Source: an uncultured virus (IMG/VR IMGVR_UViG_3300027563_000599) (lineage: Duplodnaviria > Heunggongvirae > Uroviricota > Caudoviricetes). From it: a stretch of DNA of 64,000 bases. Positions 9,308 to 19,184 of the stretch are shown here, one piece after another (position 1 is the first letter of the stretch; every line of letters begins with the position of its first letter). The notes beneath the pieces are model-generated. The model was not told where the DNA came from and made no database searches. It saw only the letters and a list, made by a program, of their open reading frames with translations. The stretch is from IMG/VR virus record IMGVR_UViG_3300027563_000599; one strand, written 5' to 3'. Position numbers and translations under genes: made by a program.

Positions 9308-10598
9308 TCCACCATTTCTTTATTTCAGGACGAGCATCTAATATAGACCCCATTGTTGTGCTGTTGGGTCGTATGTTTTCTAATTTTAACACACGTTCCT
9401 TGCCTTTTGCAAGACCTGCTCGGTATTGATCAGGCCATTGTTCCTCAAATGTTGGACGATTTTTCAACTGTGCCAATACATCCTGCATTGCTCCACTAGG
9501 ACACTTTGCCACCAGTTCGTCCACCCAAGGGTTCAGCAGTGTTCGAGGCAGAGCAAGTGGACTCATCACAATGTCGGGCGTGAAGCTGAAAATTACCTTG
9601 GCCAAGATATCGGTGTCGGTGTCCTTGGCCAGTTGCACAATATTTTCCACTTCGAACATGCCCGGCAGGGTAAGAGTAAAATCAATTCTCACTTGACGTC
9701 TTTGTTTTCCGGCTTCGGCTGCTCGATGGTAGTTGTTTAACCAAGCAGTGTAGTCAAGCCCGGTTCTAATGTACTCTCCAATTGCGCCTGTTCCGTCAAT
9801 ACTGGCACATATCTGCCAACTGCGCAGATTGGAAAGAATGTCATCAAATAGATCAACACCTTTGTAATTGACTCGAGACAGATTGGTATTGTATCGTGCG
9901 TATACTCTGTGGCCGTCACCAAGATCCACAATACGTTTCATGTAGCGCCAGTGCTGTTCGTACATGAGTGGTTCGCCACCTACCCAGTACACTTCTTCCA
10001 CACGATGTTCTTCCACTGCTTGTGCAAATTCTTCTTCTACCTGTTGGTCCTGAAACTGTGAAATATTTTTTCTAACGTCGGGTTTCATCCAATTGTTTTT
10101 TGGATTTCCCCAGTCAACCATGTCATGCTGCCTTTGTTCGCTTTCCCATGCAGAACTCAGCATGTCACCGCAGGTTCTGCATTTGAAGTTGCAGAGGTTA
10201 CTGAATCTGTAATCCCAACTCACTGGTTTTACTGTGGTGAATCCAGTGTTGTCTGTTGCTAACATGGCTGCTTCGTACTTGTGACCAAACAGCTGATTGA
10301 AGTAACTGCGATAAACATCGGTGTTTAACAATTTGCTGTTGCAGACATCACACTCGGGCAAGGTTTCGCCAGCCATCATTCTTCGACGAACTGACCGCAT
10401 ATGATCGCTGTTCCAGTGCTGGTCCAGAGTGATAGGTGTATACTGGCCAGTGCCAACACTGGTATCAATATACTGTTCAAAACTCTGCGCAGGTTCTCTT
10501 GACGCACAGCACATGCGTCGTTCAGTTTGTGGACTCAAATAAGTATGTGTCCACGGAGCCATGCACAAGGTATCAGGTTTTGTTGTAGTCATAATCAA
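9294..10598 (-). CDS. Radical SAM protein with N-terminal twitch/SPASM-like module
   Basis: LCMAPW...MCC...CDVC; CNFKCRTC; VGGEP; YNTN; SIDG; EYIRTG. Confidence 0.9.
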   Translation of the reverse strand: MIMTTTKPDTLCMAPWTHTYLSPQTERRMCCASREPAQSFEQYIDTSVGTGQYTPITLDQHWNSDHMRSVRRRMMAGETLPECDVCNSKLLNTDVYRSYFNQLFGHKYEAAMLATDNTGFTTVKPVSWDYRFSNLCNFKCRTCGDMLSSAWESEQRQHDMVDWGNPKNNWMKPDVRKNISQFQDQQVEEEFAQAVEEHRVEEVYWVGGEPLMYEQHWRYMKRIVDLGDGHRVYARYNTNLSRVNYKGVDLFDDILSNLRSWQICASIDGTGAIGEYIRTGLDYTAWLNNYHRAAEAGKQRRQVRIDFTLTLPGMFEVENIVQLAKDTDTDILAKVIFSFTPDIVMSPLALPRTLLNPWVDELVAKCPSGAMQDVLAQLKNRPTFEEQWPDQYRAGLAKGKERVLKLENIRPNSTTMGSILDARPEIKKWWNEIA

Positions 10599-11793
10599 TC
10601 AATGCTGCGAACTCGGGCGCCACTTCGGCTAGATTTTGTTTTCGTTTATGATCAAGATCACGCAGATTCATGCGCAAAAGATTGCCATCCAGGCTGTTTC
10701 CTCTATTCATGAATTCAGCAGCACTGACAAATTCTTTCAGCACTCGCGGTGGAACTGCCGCTGTGGTCAGGCGTTGAGCGATTGCTGCCTTGGCAGTTTC
10801 GGGCAGTGTACTGATACTAAAATAGTAAGCATCGTGCATCATGTTCCAGTAGATAAAATCAAATTTCTGTTGCACTATCCAATTGGCCACTGTTTCAAGA
10901 TAGTAAACATTGAACACATTAATGGTACAGCAGGCCTGCAATGTTATATTGGTGTTGCGGCTGCGCAGTTGCTTAAAGCGTTCGACATTTTCGACCACTT
11001 CGGTCCAGACTGCATTACTGCGCTGGTATTCAAATCGCTGTTCTACGTCGTCGATACTGACTGCAATTTCTACATGTTTGAAATGTTTCCAGATTGCTTC
11101 ACCTTCTTCTGGATACTGTGTGCCATTGGTGTTGTAGTGTATTTCGACTTGTGCGGCTCGGCCTGTGTCTACCAGTTTTTGCAACAGCTGAAAATGTTCT
11201 CTGATCAGGAAAGGTTCGCCGCCAGTGAACTCAATATAACGTATGTTGTCCAGATGCTTGTCCAAGTCTGCCCAAAATTCTACGCTTTCTCTAGGCCATG
11301 CACCGTCTTTGAGCATTTGATAAGCAAAACTTCCGCGAGTTTCTTCTGCTCGGTTGAATCGAATCTCTTCGGCTGCAAACTGACTGCTGCTCCATGACCC
11401 GCAGATACGGCATTTTAAATTGCAGATGTTGCCCAGTTTAAGATCCAAGAACATTAACGGCATAGCGTCTGCAGTCCAGGAAACATCAGCGTCGATCATG
11501 TGCTTGAGTCTATCCAAGGTGTGCATGCGTTTACTGGTACGACCTGCACGTTCTTCATTCCAGCAGCGTCGGCAGTTCTGTGGCTTTTTACCAGCAAGAA
11601 AATCTTCACGCAGAGTCTGCATTGATTGGCTGTTTTGTATTTCTGTTAGACTGGCAGAGGCCAATTTGTATTTGTCTCCAGCATCATTGGTAATTTCGTC
11701 CATAGCCAGGCAGCATGGGCGTACTGTTCCAACTGGACTAGCTTCTAAACTGATCCAGGGTAGTACGCAAAAGGTATCGTGTGGTATATTCAT
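10573..11793 (-). CDS. Radical SAM protein with N-terminal twitch/SPASM-like module
   Basis: FCVLPW...PCC...CRRC; CNLKCRIC; TGGEP; YNTNG; SIDD. Confidence 0.9.
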   Translation of the reverse strand: MNIPHDTFCVLPWISLEASPVGTVRPCCLAMDEITNDAGDKYKLASASLTEIQNSQSMQTLREDFLAGKKPQNCRRCWNEERAGRTSKRMHTLDRLKHMIDADVSWTADAMPLMFLDLKLGNICNLKCRICGSWSSSQFAAEEIRFNRAEETRGSFAYQMLKDGAWPRESVEFWADLDKHLDNIRYIEFTGGEPFLIREHFQLLQKLVDTGRAAQVEIHYNTNGTQYPEEGEAIWKHFKHVEIAVSIDDVEQRFEYQRSNAVWTEVVENVERFKQLRSRNTNITLQACCTINVFNVYYLETVANWIVQQKFDFIYWNMMHDAYYFSISTLPETAKAAIAQRLTTAAVPPRVLKEFVSAAEFMNRGNSLDGNLLRMNLRDLDHKRKQNLAEVAPEFAALIDYDYNKT

Positions 11794-13055
11794 TTAAGTG
11801 CTCGCAATTCAGGTATTACATCCAGGCAATTTTCCTTACGCATGGTGTCTAGTTCATGTGTTTTACGCCAGAATGTGTCGATCAAGTGTGTGTTATCTGT
11901 GGCATTCAAAAATGTAATAGCACTGGTAAAGCCCTGTGAAGCACGACCTAGACTATCGCCTTGTGCAGTCAACCATGCTAGATGTTGTGTGTACAGCTCA
12001 GTTAACTCGTCTTTGTATTTGGCCGGGGCTATGTCTATTCTATAGTGTGCTGGATCTTGCAGGATGTTTACGTTTAAATCCTGCGCACGAATCAGTCCTT
12101 TTTCTACCCAGTCTCTATGGAAATTAGGCAAATGACGTGCATTCATTATGCTCAGTGTGGGGCTGATATAAAAGTCTACTTGAGGACAGATTGCCAACAT
12201 GTCTCTGCGATTCTGTTCTACCACTGCCCATTCAGTGCCCTTGCGTATGTATTCACCTCTGGCACCTGAATCGTCTAGGCTGGCACCTACTGCAACAGAT
12301 TTAAACTGCTTCCAGTATTCAAATACCGAACGTCCTTTGAGATCCGTGTGCGTAAAGTTGGTGTTGTAAATCAGTCTAACATCAAAGCGTTCACGACGAA
12401 CCAACTCGTCCAGGATACGATAATGTTCTTCCATCAACAAGGGCTCGCCGCCGGCGAAGTACACCTGTTCAACATGGTCTAAATGTGGCTCCAGTTGTTC
12501 CCATATGTCTGTTTCGGTACGACCGGCATAGTTGAGTACCTTGTTCTTTTGTTTCCAATCACCGCCGGCCAATTTGGCTTGGTCTTGATACCACGAACTA
12601 CTGAAGATATGACCACAACTGCGGCAACTTAGGTTGCACAAGTTTGAGAAACGGATATCCCAGTAGGTCAATTCAAACGGGTTCTCATCTAATTTCTTTA
12701 TATGATGCCCGTGGTGCTTGTTGGCACTACGGCGCCCTGAAAAGAATCCCGACTCTTCCTGTTCATAACAACGTGTGCAGGCAGCATGCGGAGTTTCTGT
12801 CAACATGTCACTGCGCAGTTTCTGCATGGGCTCGCCGCGCCATATTTCCGCTAGAGTATTTTTGCGACAGTTGCCCACTACACCGGGTTTCATTTCAGCA
12901 TGGCAGCAAGGATATGCTTCGCCCGTGGGATAGGCGTGCAGATGTATCCACGGATAGATACAAAAAGTTTTAGAATCTTTTAATAAAAATTCTTCACGTT
13001 CTGTCAATTCCGTGGCACGTACTAGATCACTGCTGTTGTATTTGTAAGTTGTCAT
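11790..13055 (-). CDS. Radical SAM protein with N-terminal twitch/SPASM-like module
   Basis: FCIYPW...YPCC...GN...CTRC; CNLSCRSC; AGGEP; YNTN; EYIRKG. Confidence 0.9.
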   Translation of the reverse strand: MTTYKYNSSDLVRATELTEREEFLLKDSKTFCIYPWIHLHAYPTGEAYPCCHAEMKPGVVGNCRKNTLAEIWRGEPMQKLRSDMLTETPHAACTRCYEQEESGFFSGRRSANKHHGHHIKKLDENPFELTYWDIRFSNLCNLSCRSCGHIFSSSWYQDQAKLAGGDWKQKNKVLNYAGRTETDIWEQLEPHLDHVEQVYFAGGEPLLMEEHYRILDELVRRERFDVRLIYNTNFTHTDLKGRSVFEYWKQFKSVAVGASLDDSGARGEYIRKGTEWAVVEQNRRDMLAICPQVDFYISPTLSIMNARHLPNFHRDWVEKGLIRAQDLNVNILQDPAHYRIDIAPAKYKDELTELYTQHLAWLTAQGDSLGRASQGFTSAITFLNATDNTHLIDTFWRKTHELDTMRKENCLDVIPELRALK

Positions 13056-14367
13056 ACCATTCTTTTAGTGAGGGAAATGCAGAGCCAAAGTCTTTGCCAC
13101 GACGCTGATCATACTGTGTGAAGAAACAGTGGAAATCGTTTAGTAGACGTGGCATATCAAACGCTTCACGATGCGGAGTCTTGACCACATCCAGGTAGTC
13201 TATCAATCGCTGAGTGTGATTGATTTCATGTTCGTGCAGGTAGGGCTGGTCTTGGTGCTGTGCCATCCAGGCAACCAGTCCTAATCGGCGTTGCTCGCGC
13301 ACTGTGGCATCAAGAATCAACGGGCTCTGAAAGCTAGGAAAGCGCAGAATATTCAAAGTAAAGTTCACTCGATCTTTACTGTAAATCTTTTTCCACTCAA
13401 CCAATTGATTCAACAAGTGCGGTAACGATTCCAAGCATAAGGCATTGATAGTGGCCATCACATGCACAGTGACACCAGCATCCAATAACTTCAATACATT
13501 TTGCTGCCACAGTGCATAGTCTAGTCCGTCACGAATGTATTCTGCCTGTGCTCCAGTGGCTTCCATACTGGTGTATATTTCTACCGCAAGGCTGTCAATA
13601 CTGGCCAGTAGGCGATCCACATCAACGTCTGGACCTAGATTTGAATTGATAGCCAATCGTGTGTTGCTCTTGCCTTGATTGGCCTTGAACCATTCGATCA
13701 GCTTCCAGGTATAGCCGGACATTAGCGGCTCGCCGCCGGTGATTCTCAGTTCTTGTAGGGTGCGATGGAGGTCTGTTTCCCACCATTCAAAAAACGCTTC
13801 AATGTAGGGATTTGTTTCACCAAAGCGATATAATTGAGCACTATCATGAGCATGAGTAAAGTGGTTACGCCCATCAGACACCAAGGACTGATAAGGGCCG
13901 TTGCGTCGGATATCATTAACCCATGTACTGCTGAAAGCAGGGTTACAATAGCTACAGGCCAATTGGCAAGTGCGATCGAATGCAATTTCAAGTGTGCGAA
14001 GATTGACATCTTGGTCAACTGGGGTGTTTGCTGCTTCATGTAGGGCCTCTATAGGATAAATTTTACTTTTGTACACACGGTCCGAGATGTTGTCTCGGCC
14101 AATGTCTTCGATCTTCCAGCAGTACTCACAACCAGCTGGGCGCTCACCTTTCAACATCTGCGCACGATCAGCTTTCTTTTGATCAGTGTTGTGTAGTAGT
14201 TTAGGATTGCTGCGTACTTTATCTATATCCACCAAGTGAGCCGGTGGATGGTGGCAGCTTGTGGTCATACCGGATCCTAGCCATATAGTAGCATTGTACC
14301 ATTTGGCTGCACAAAAACTGTCGGACAATGTGTCTAATACTGTGTGTTTAAAATCTAGATCATTCAT
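13027..14367 (-). CDS. Radical SAM protein with N-terminal twitch/SPASM-like module
   Basis: FCAAKW...SCHHPPAH...CEYC; CQLACSYC; TGGEP; EYIRDG. Confidence 0.9.
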   Translation of the reverse strand: MNDLDFKHTVLDTLSDSFCAAKWYNATIWLGSGMTTSCHHPPAHLVDIDKVRSNPKLLHNTDQKKADRAQMLKGERPAGCEYCWKIEDIGRDNISDRVYKSKIYPIEALHEAANTPVDQDVNLRTLEIAFDRTCQLACSYCNPAFSSTWVNDIRRNGPYQSLVSDGRNHFTHAHDSAQLYRFGETNPYIEAFFEWWETDLHRTLQELRITGGEPLMSGYTWKLIEWFKANQGKSNTRLAINSNLGPDVDVDRLLASIDSLAVEIYTSMEATGAQAEYIRDGLDYALWQQNVLKLLDAGVTVHVMATINALCLESLPHLLNQLVEWKKIYSKDRVNFTLNILRFPSFQSPLILDATVREQRRLGLVAWMAQHQDQPYLHEHEINHTQRLIDYLDVVKTPHREAFDMPRLLNDFHCFFTQYDQRRGKDFGSAFPSLKEWYDNLQIQQQ

Positions 14368-15499
14368 ATTGGCTTAAAAATTCTGTTAATCGATCAGGGA
14401 AGTTGCTTATTTCTTGTTGTCGCAATTCGACAAGGTGCTGTTGATTATACTCGCATACTTCCTGTGCCGCGGCTATAAATTGTACTAGATCTTGACCACA
14501 AAGGTCAACCACTACCTGTTCAATGCGGTCAATGCGTTCTTGGCTGTTGTCTATTAGATCAAATGATTCGTCTAGTAGATGTCCAAATGTTTTAAATCCC
14601 ATCTGTCGCAGGTCTCTGTAGTATCCTCTACTGGATGCAGCTATCCACGGGTGACCCATGGCAATCGGCTTCCAGATTTTCTCAGTGCGGAAACTGTACG
14701 GGTAATCAAACACTGTTTCGGTAACCAAGCTGAAGTATGTATCAATATAAGGCTCAGGTTTTAAATAAATTTCGCCCCAGGTATTGTTGAACAAGTGGCT
14801 TTTGATAAAATTATCAGTGCTATTAGGTGCCAATGTTAGTCTGTGCTGATATGCTTTGACTTCATACTCCGGGGGCAGATACTGCAACGGTAAACTCTGT
14901 GTCATCAAGTTTACATTGTCTTTGCTGTACAGTGTCAATGATCTCGATCCTGCTGGACCTATATCCAAATTGGTCCACAATGCTTGGTCCAGCAGGCCGG
15001 TTTCTTTGAATTTTTCCAGCAGGTATTTACGATGCGGTCTTATACGACCGTTTAGAAACAAAAACTTATAGGGTTTAGATGTTTTACTGTAGATTTCAGA
15101 CGTGCGTTTCATTGCTTCGCGATTGGTCACGTAGTCTAGTATTTTAACCATAAAACTGTCGTACCGTAGAAGGCAATATTCTGTACCAGCATCGCCACCT
15201 GCTAGTATAATAATTTTTCCAGACTTGACCAGATCTTCTATCTGCAGTCGTTTACACTGCCACACTATGGTGTCTGATCCTTCTGCTGGATTGCTCAGTA
15301 CAACACGAGCTGTGCCACTGTTGGCTATGCGTCTAATCAACTCAACGTTATTTGCAAATTGCAGTCTACCAATCATGTACCATGCATCCGGTACAATATC
15401 GTGATGTTCCAGATCCCAAAACTCTCCGTCGGCCCAGGGCTTTAATAACTCGTACACCTCACATTGTGTGTCTATAATAAGTTTATGATTGTTTAGCAT
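14360..15499 (-). CDS. Glycosyltransferase-like protein (GT10-like C-terminal motif)
   Basis: FLFLNGRIRPHR; SLVTET...FRTEKIWKPI..GHPWI...LRQMGFKTF...DESFD. Confidence 0.5.
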   Translation of the reverse strand: MLNNHKLIIDTQCEVYELLKPWADGEFWDLEHHDIVPDAWYMIGRLQFANNVELIRRIANSGTARVVLSNPAEGSDTIVWQCKRLQIEDLVKSGKIIILAGGDAGTEYCLLRYDSFMVKILDYVTNREAMKRTSEIYSKTSKPYKFLFLNGRIRPHRKYLLEKFKETGLLDQALWTNLDIGPAGSRSLTLYSKDNVNLMTQSLPLQYLPPEYEVKAYQHRLTLAPNSTDNFIKSHLFNNTWGEIYLKPEPYIDTYFSLVTETVFDYPYSFRTEKIWKPIAMGHPWIAASSRGYYRDLRQMGFKTFGHLLDESFDLIDNSQERIDRIEQVVVDLCGQDLVQFIAAAQEVCEYNQQHLVELRQQEISNFPDRLTEFLSQYE

Positions 15500-16868
15500 G
15501 ATACTCGCATTCGGCCCACCATGATCGCATTTCTGGAAAGGCTGTTAAAAAATCTGTACCACGTCGCTGATCATGTTCGTTAAAAAAACGATAGAAATCT
15601 GCACGGGCAACAGAATGACGATTTTGCTGACCTTCACGCATCCAGGCAATATCTCGCTCCAAGCGTTGCACTTCGTAGTCTTTGAATCCATGCAAAGGAT
15701 TTTCATCAGTGACAAGATTCTCCAGCATAAAATCTCTAGCATGCTCCAGTTGTTGTGCATAGCTTTCGGGTAGGATTTGCAGGCTCTGCCAGGCAGGCTC
15801 ACGCAGTACCGGAGTGTCAAACCACACACGTTGATAAGTGCTTGAATGCACTTTACGAAGATGCAAGATCCACTCCATGTATTTTTTAAACCCAGTTACA
15901 CTCAAGTTGTTCATGGTGATTATGAACGTTAGGCTGTTGCGTGTGGGCACTTCGGTTAGGAAACGGTTCACATTACGCACCACACGATCTGCACTCATGC
16001 CATGCCGGATGTATTCAGCCTGTGGGCCCGATCCTGAATCCAAACTCACATACTGCATAAAATGCTCAATGTCCGGCGTACAAAGACGTTTTACATAGGA
16101 TATGTACTTATTAAACAGCTGGTCTTCCACGCTGAAGTTGCTGGTCACATTCAAGTGCAGCCGCGGACTGGGGTTGGCCAACACATAATCAAACACTCGG
16201 TAAGTGTTTTTGTCCATGAGCGGTTCGCCGCCGGTCATTCTAAAGTGTTCTAATTTGGGATAAAGAGTTGGCCACCACTCCCAGAATGCATCCACATAAG
16301 GATTAGCTTCACGCACTGGAATTGGTTTGCGATTGCCCACAAAGTGTTCTGGGGCATTGTGCGGCTTGCTGGTAGGAAAAGCGCCGTGTCGTTCCACTTC
16401 TTCGCCCCAGCTGGAACTGAACTGTGGGCTACAATAGCTACATTTTAAATTGCAGGCATGATTAAAGTTTACTTCTACATAGCTGGGTACTACATCATCT
16501 TCAAGACCGGTGCCGGCTTTGATCTTTTCTAAATCAACAGCGGCCCAGGCTTCACCTGATCTATAATGACGGTCACTCAGCTTTCCTAGATTTTCCATGT
16601 TCCAGCAGTACTGGCATTCTGCAGGCTTTTGTCCCTGCAACATCATTACACGCTGTTGTTTTTTGTGTGCAGTGTTGTGCAGGCCGCCCGGACGTGATAA
16701 ATCATCTGAGGTGATCTGGTGCAAGGGCGGATGGTAGCAGGAGTTGTTAAGTCCAGTGGGCAGGTGAAAGCTGACCTGTTTCCATTTGGCCAAACATAAT
16801 GCGGGACCGAGATCCTGCTTCATCTGCTCGGCAGAACTCATGAATCGGCTTTGATCACCTTTGCTCAT
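15483..16868 (-). CDS. Radical SAM protein with N-terminal twitch/SPASM-like module
   Basis: LCLAKW...SCYHPPLH...CQYC; CNLKCSYC; TGGEP; EYIRHG. Confidence 0.9.
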   Translation of the reverse strand: MSKGDQSRFMSSAEQMKQDLGPALCLAKWKQVSFHLPTGLNNSCYHPPLHQITSDDLSRPGGLHNTAHKKQQRVMMLQGQKPAECQYCWNMENLGKLSDRHYRSGEAWAAVDLEKIKAGTGLEDDVVPSYVEVNFNHACNLKCSYCSPQFSSSWGEEVERHGAFPTSKPHNAPEHFVGNRKPIPVREANPYVDAFWEWWPTLYPKLEHFRMTGGEPLMDKNTYRVFDYVLANPSPRLHLNVTSNFSVEDQLFNKYISYVKRLCTPDIEHFMQYVSLDSGSGPQAEYIRHGMSADRVVRNVNRFLTEVPTRNSLTFIITMNNLSVTGFKKYMEWILHLRKVHSSTYQRVWFDTPVLREPAWQSLQILPESYAQQLEHARDFMLENLVTDENPLHGFKDYEVQRLERDIAWMREGQQNRHSVARADFYRFFNEHDQRRGTDFLTAFPEMRSWWAECEYHAKQS

Positions 16869-17794
16869 TACCAGCCTTCTTGCTTTCTAATCACATCAAT
16901 TTCACGAATCATAATGCCTTGGTTGTGCCATCCACTGCGATAATGATGTTTGAAGAACTTGCTGGCTTCATCCTCGTACCAGACCATTGGTAAGTCTAAC
17001 TGTGTGCTGAGCTCTTCGGCTACACGACCCAACACTAGTTCAGGTTCAGTATCTTTGACTGTGTCCCATAACTCAGTTAAAGAATCAAACCACTGCACTT
17101 CTTTGTGATCCCAATTGGTCAACATGGTCATGTATGTGCCCATTCTTGAGCCAGCAATGGCCCAGACTCCGTGTTCAGCATCTCTACCCACATTGTGCCA
17201 TACTGTTAGATTATCTAGGTTACGTTGATGCACACGGTCTTTAAATTCTGCCACTGTGGGCCGTGCACCTTTGTTCAAGCACATCTTGACACCTTCTCGG
17301 AAGCCGGCTCGCCAAGCATGAAAAGCCGAACCATTGGGATAGGTGGTTGAGTAACAGTCGTGCATGGCCCAGTACAAGGGATCAAAACAAAACTCCACTT
17401 CGGTAGCGGCGGTACCGTCGGTGTTTTCGTGTGTTTTCATTTCATTGACAAATGTACGTGTCCACGAACTCATACCGCCATTGCCATACATGAGTCCATT
17501 GATATTGTTGCGAGCACGCCACCGAAACACAGCACGTTCATATTCAGCAGTGGGAAATGTCAGTGTTTGATTAAAAAATTCTGGGTCCGGCATGTTATCA
17601 CCATCGATCAGAATAAAGCGTTCTGTGTCGCTGGCAGCGGCAGCGGCTTTGTGTGCGGCATCCGATCCTTTGACTCCGTCAACACGTTTGGCCCATGGCA
17701 CCATGTTGCGAATTTTTACCCAAAATTCTTCTTTCTGTGGTTCATCATAGGTCAAGTATATACAGTCTAGGTCTGCAATATCAATACGATTCAT
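16868..17794 (-). CDS. GT-A-fold glycosyltransferase-like protein
   Basis: IYLTYDEP, RVDGVKGSDAAHKAAA, FILIDGDN (DxD), YGNGG, AWRAGFREGVKM; start moved to the internal ATG at 17794. Confidence 0.65.
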   Translation of the reverse strand: MNRIDIADLDCIYLTYDEPQKEEFWVKIRNMVPWAKRVDGVKGSDAAHKAAAAASDTERFILIDGDNMPDPEFFNQTLTFPTAEYERAVFRWRARNNINGLMYGNGGMSSWTRTFVNEMKTHENTDGTAATEVEFCFDPLYWAMHDCYSTTYPNGSAFHAWRAGFREGVKMCLNKGARPTVAEFKDRVHQRNLDNLTVWHNVGRDAEHGVWAIAGSRMGTYMTMLTNWDHKEVQWFDSLTELWDTVKDTEPELVLGRVAEELSTQLDLPMVWYEDEASKFFKHHYRSGWHNQGIMIREIDVIRKQEGW

Positions 17795-18128
17795 TTGTTT
17801 GTAAACTCCATTTAATATGAGATTGTTGCTCTGACACAACAATGGAAACATTGTCGGGCAAGCAAGGTGTCCCTGCATCGCTGGGCTTTAATTTACTTGT
17901 GAGTTTTTTAGGTACAACGTGTACTAACTTGCCATCAATCACTCGCACAGACACAGAACTACGTGCATAAGTTTCTGCATCTATTTCGATGTAGTTACCT
18001 GGAATGTCTTCCATGCTGTAAGATACCGGCTCGCCGCGCTCATTATAATACAACCTGAAGAAAATAGGTGCAGGTGCTGGCACAGGTTCTGCCCAGGCCT
18101 TCCAGAAATTTTCTGTAGTTTCATTCAT
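17781..18128 (-). CDS. Hypothetical protein (115 aa)
   Basis: ORF overlapping both neighbours in the operon. Confidence 0.7.
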   Translation of the reverse strand: MNETTENFWKAWAEPVPAPAPIFFRLYYNERGEPVSYSMEDIPGNYIEIDAETYARSSVSVRVIDGKLVHVVPKKLTSKLKPSDAGTPCLPDNVSIVVSEQQSHIKWSLQTNESY

Positions 18129-18414
18129 TGTCAGGCGGAATACCGTTCGAATGTCGGTCTGTGGGTGTATCTATATCTTGAAACAGACGCTTTTCTTGTT
18201 GTGTTAATTCTTTAAAAGATTTTCGCGGATTCATACACATTACACAATTTGGATTACCGCAATTCATAGCATGTCGTTTAGCAAGTCTGTGTGGCTGATC
18301 AATTTCTTTGTTGCTCATGCCATACTGCTTGCCAATCTTGGTTTGTTTTTTTATGGCATTCTCATCTTTAAGCAGTCGTTTACTGTGTTTGAATTTATCT
18401 TCTTCTGTACTCAT
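18121..18414 (-). CDS. Small basic protein with CxxxxCxxC motif (possible metal binding)
   Basis: HAMNCGNPNCVMCMNPRK; ATGA overlap with the upstream stop at 18411-18414. Confidence 0.65.
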   Translation of the reverse strand: MSTEEDKFKHSKRLLKDENAIKKQTKIGKQYGMSNKEIDQPHRLAKRHAMNCGNPNCVMCMNPRKSFKELTQQEKRLFQDIDTPTDRHSNGIPPDNE

Positions 18415-19184
18415 GACAATCTCCATTGTTTGTTATGATAATGAAACAGCCCCCATTGCGCCACAGTGTTTATTCTCAAGCCCGGATTGACATTTTCCCA
18501 AACCAGTTCTTGTGTCCAATCATCACTGTGAATGGGAATTACATGTTGTTTCATATGTACTATATTGGGACCTAATCTCGGAGGCAGTGTAACCAGTTCT
18601 GGACTAATGATCTGTGCTGCCACTGCATACACTACATCTGTGCTGGGAACTTCTTCCGGAAACTTCAGCAGAGTTTTATAATCAGCCCAGTGTTGAAAAA
18701 TATATTTTACCAATTGAAAAAATTCCTGTGCTGTTTTGCTCACACGCCAGTAGGTGACAGCGTTGTACACATCAGGCAGGTAGTTGTCGTCAAACAGTTG
18801 GCGATAGTATCTGCTGGTGGCTGGTCGATCATAAAAGTCTCTGCAGCCGGTGCTGATCACAACATCACGTTTTTCCAGCATGGTCCACCAGTGATCAATT
18901 GGGCTGGTAGCAATCATGTCGGCCTCCAGTTTGATTGTTTGTCTATACGGGCTGGCGCGGAACACCTGCCAGTCATTGGCATATCCGCCCTGGTCACCAT
19001 ATGGCAGTTCAATCACATGATCAAACACTGACCAATCACACCGATCATTGGTCATAATAGACACACTGGCCTCCGGGTGCCAACTTTTTATACTCATGGC
19101 CAGCTGTTCTGCACAGTCAGTATAGCTGACAGTGTCTGTGTTCACAGCCGGAATCAAATATCCGCGTTCAGAGAGGATTGGCAA
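18411..19184 (-). CDS. GT-A (GT8-like) glycosyltransferase-like protein
   Basis: GYLIPAVN...SPYRQTIKLEADM (ExD), STDVVYA, FHYH; paralogue of the upstream ORF. Confidence 0.6.
   Translation of the reverse strand: MPILSERGYLIPAVNTDTVSYTDCAEQLAMSIKSWHPEASVSIMTNDRCDWSVFDHVIELPYGDQGGYANDWQVFRASPYRQTIKLEADMIATSPIDHWWTMLEKRDVVISTGCRDFYDRPATSRYYRQLFDDNYLPDVYNAVTYWRVSKTAQEFFQLVKYIFQHWADYKTLLKFPEEVPSTDVVYAVAAQIISPELVTLPPRLGPNIVHMKQHVIPIHSDDWTQELVWENVNPGLRINTVAQWGLFHYHNKQWRLS

Noticed and set aside
10636..11397. Long antisense ORFs (also 20381..21187, 42333..42866, 49864..50541, 55614..56141)
   Set aside because: They lie opposite well-supported genes and have no motifs; typical shadow ORFs
3355..16868. 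MoaA/PqqE/NrdG/QueE assignments for the radical-SAM genes
   Set aside because: No partner genes of those pathways are present and the domain layouts differ; left unassigned
18121..18414. CxxxxCxxC protein as a radical-SAM fragment
   Set aside because: Spacing differs from CxxxCxxC and there is no GGEP or barrel sequence; more likely a small metal-binding protein
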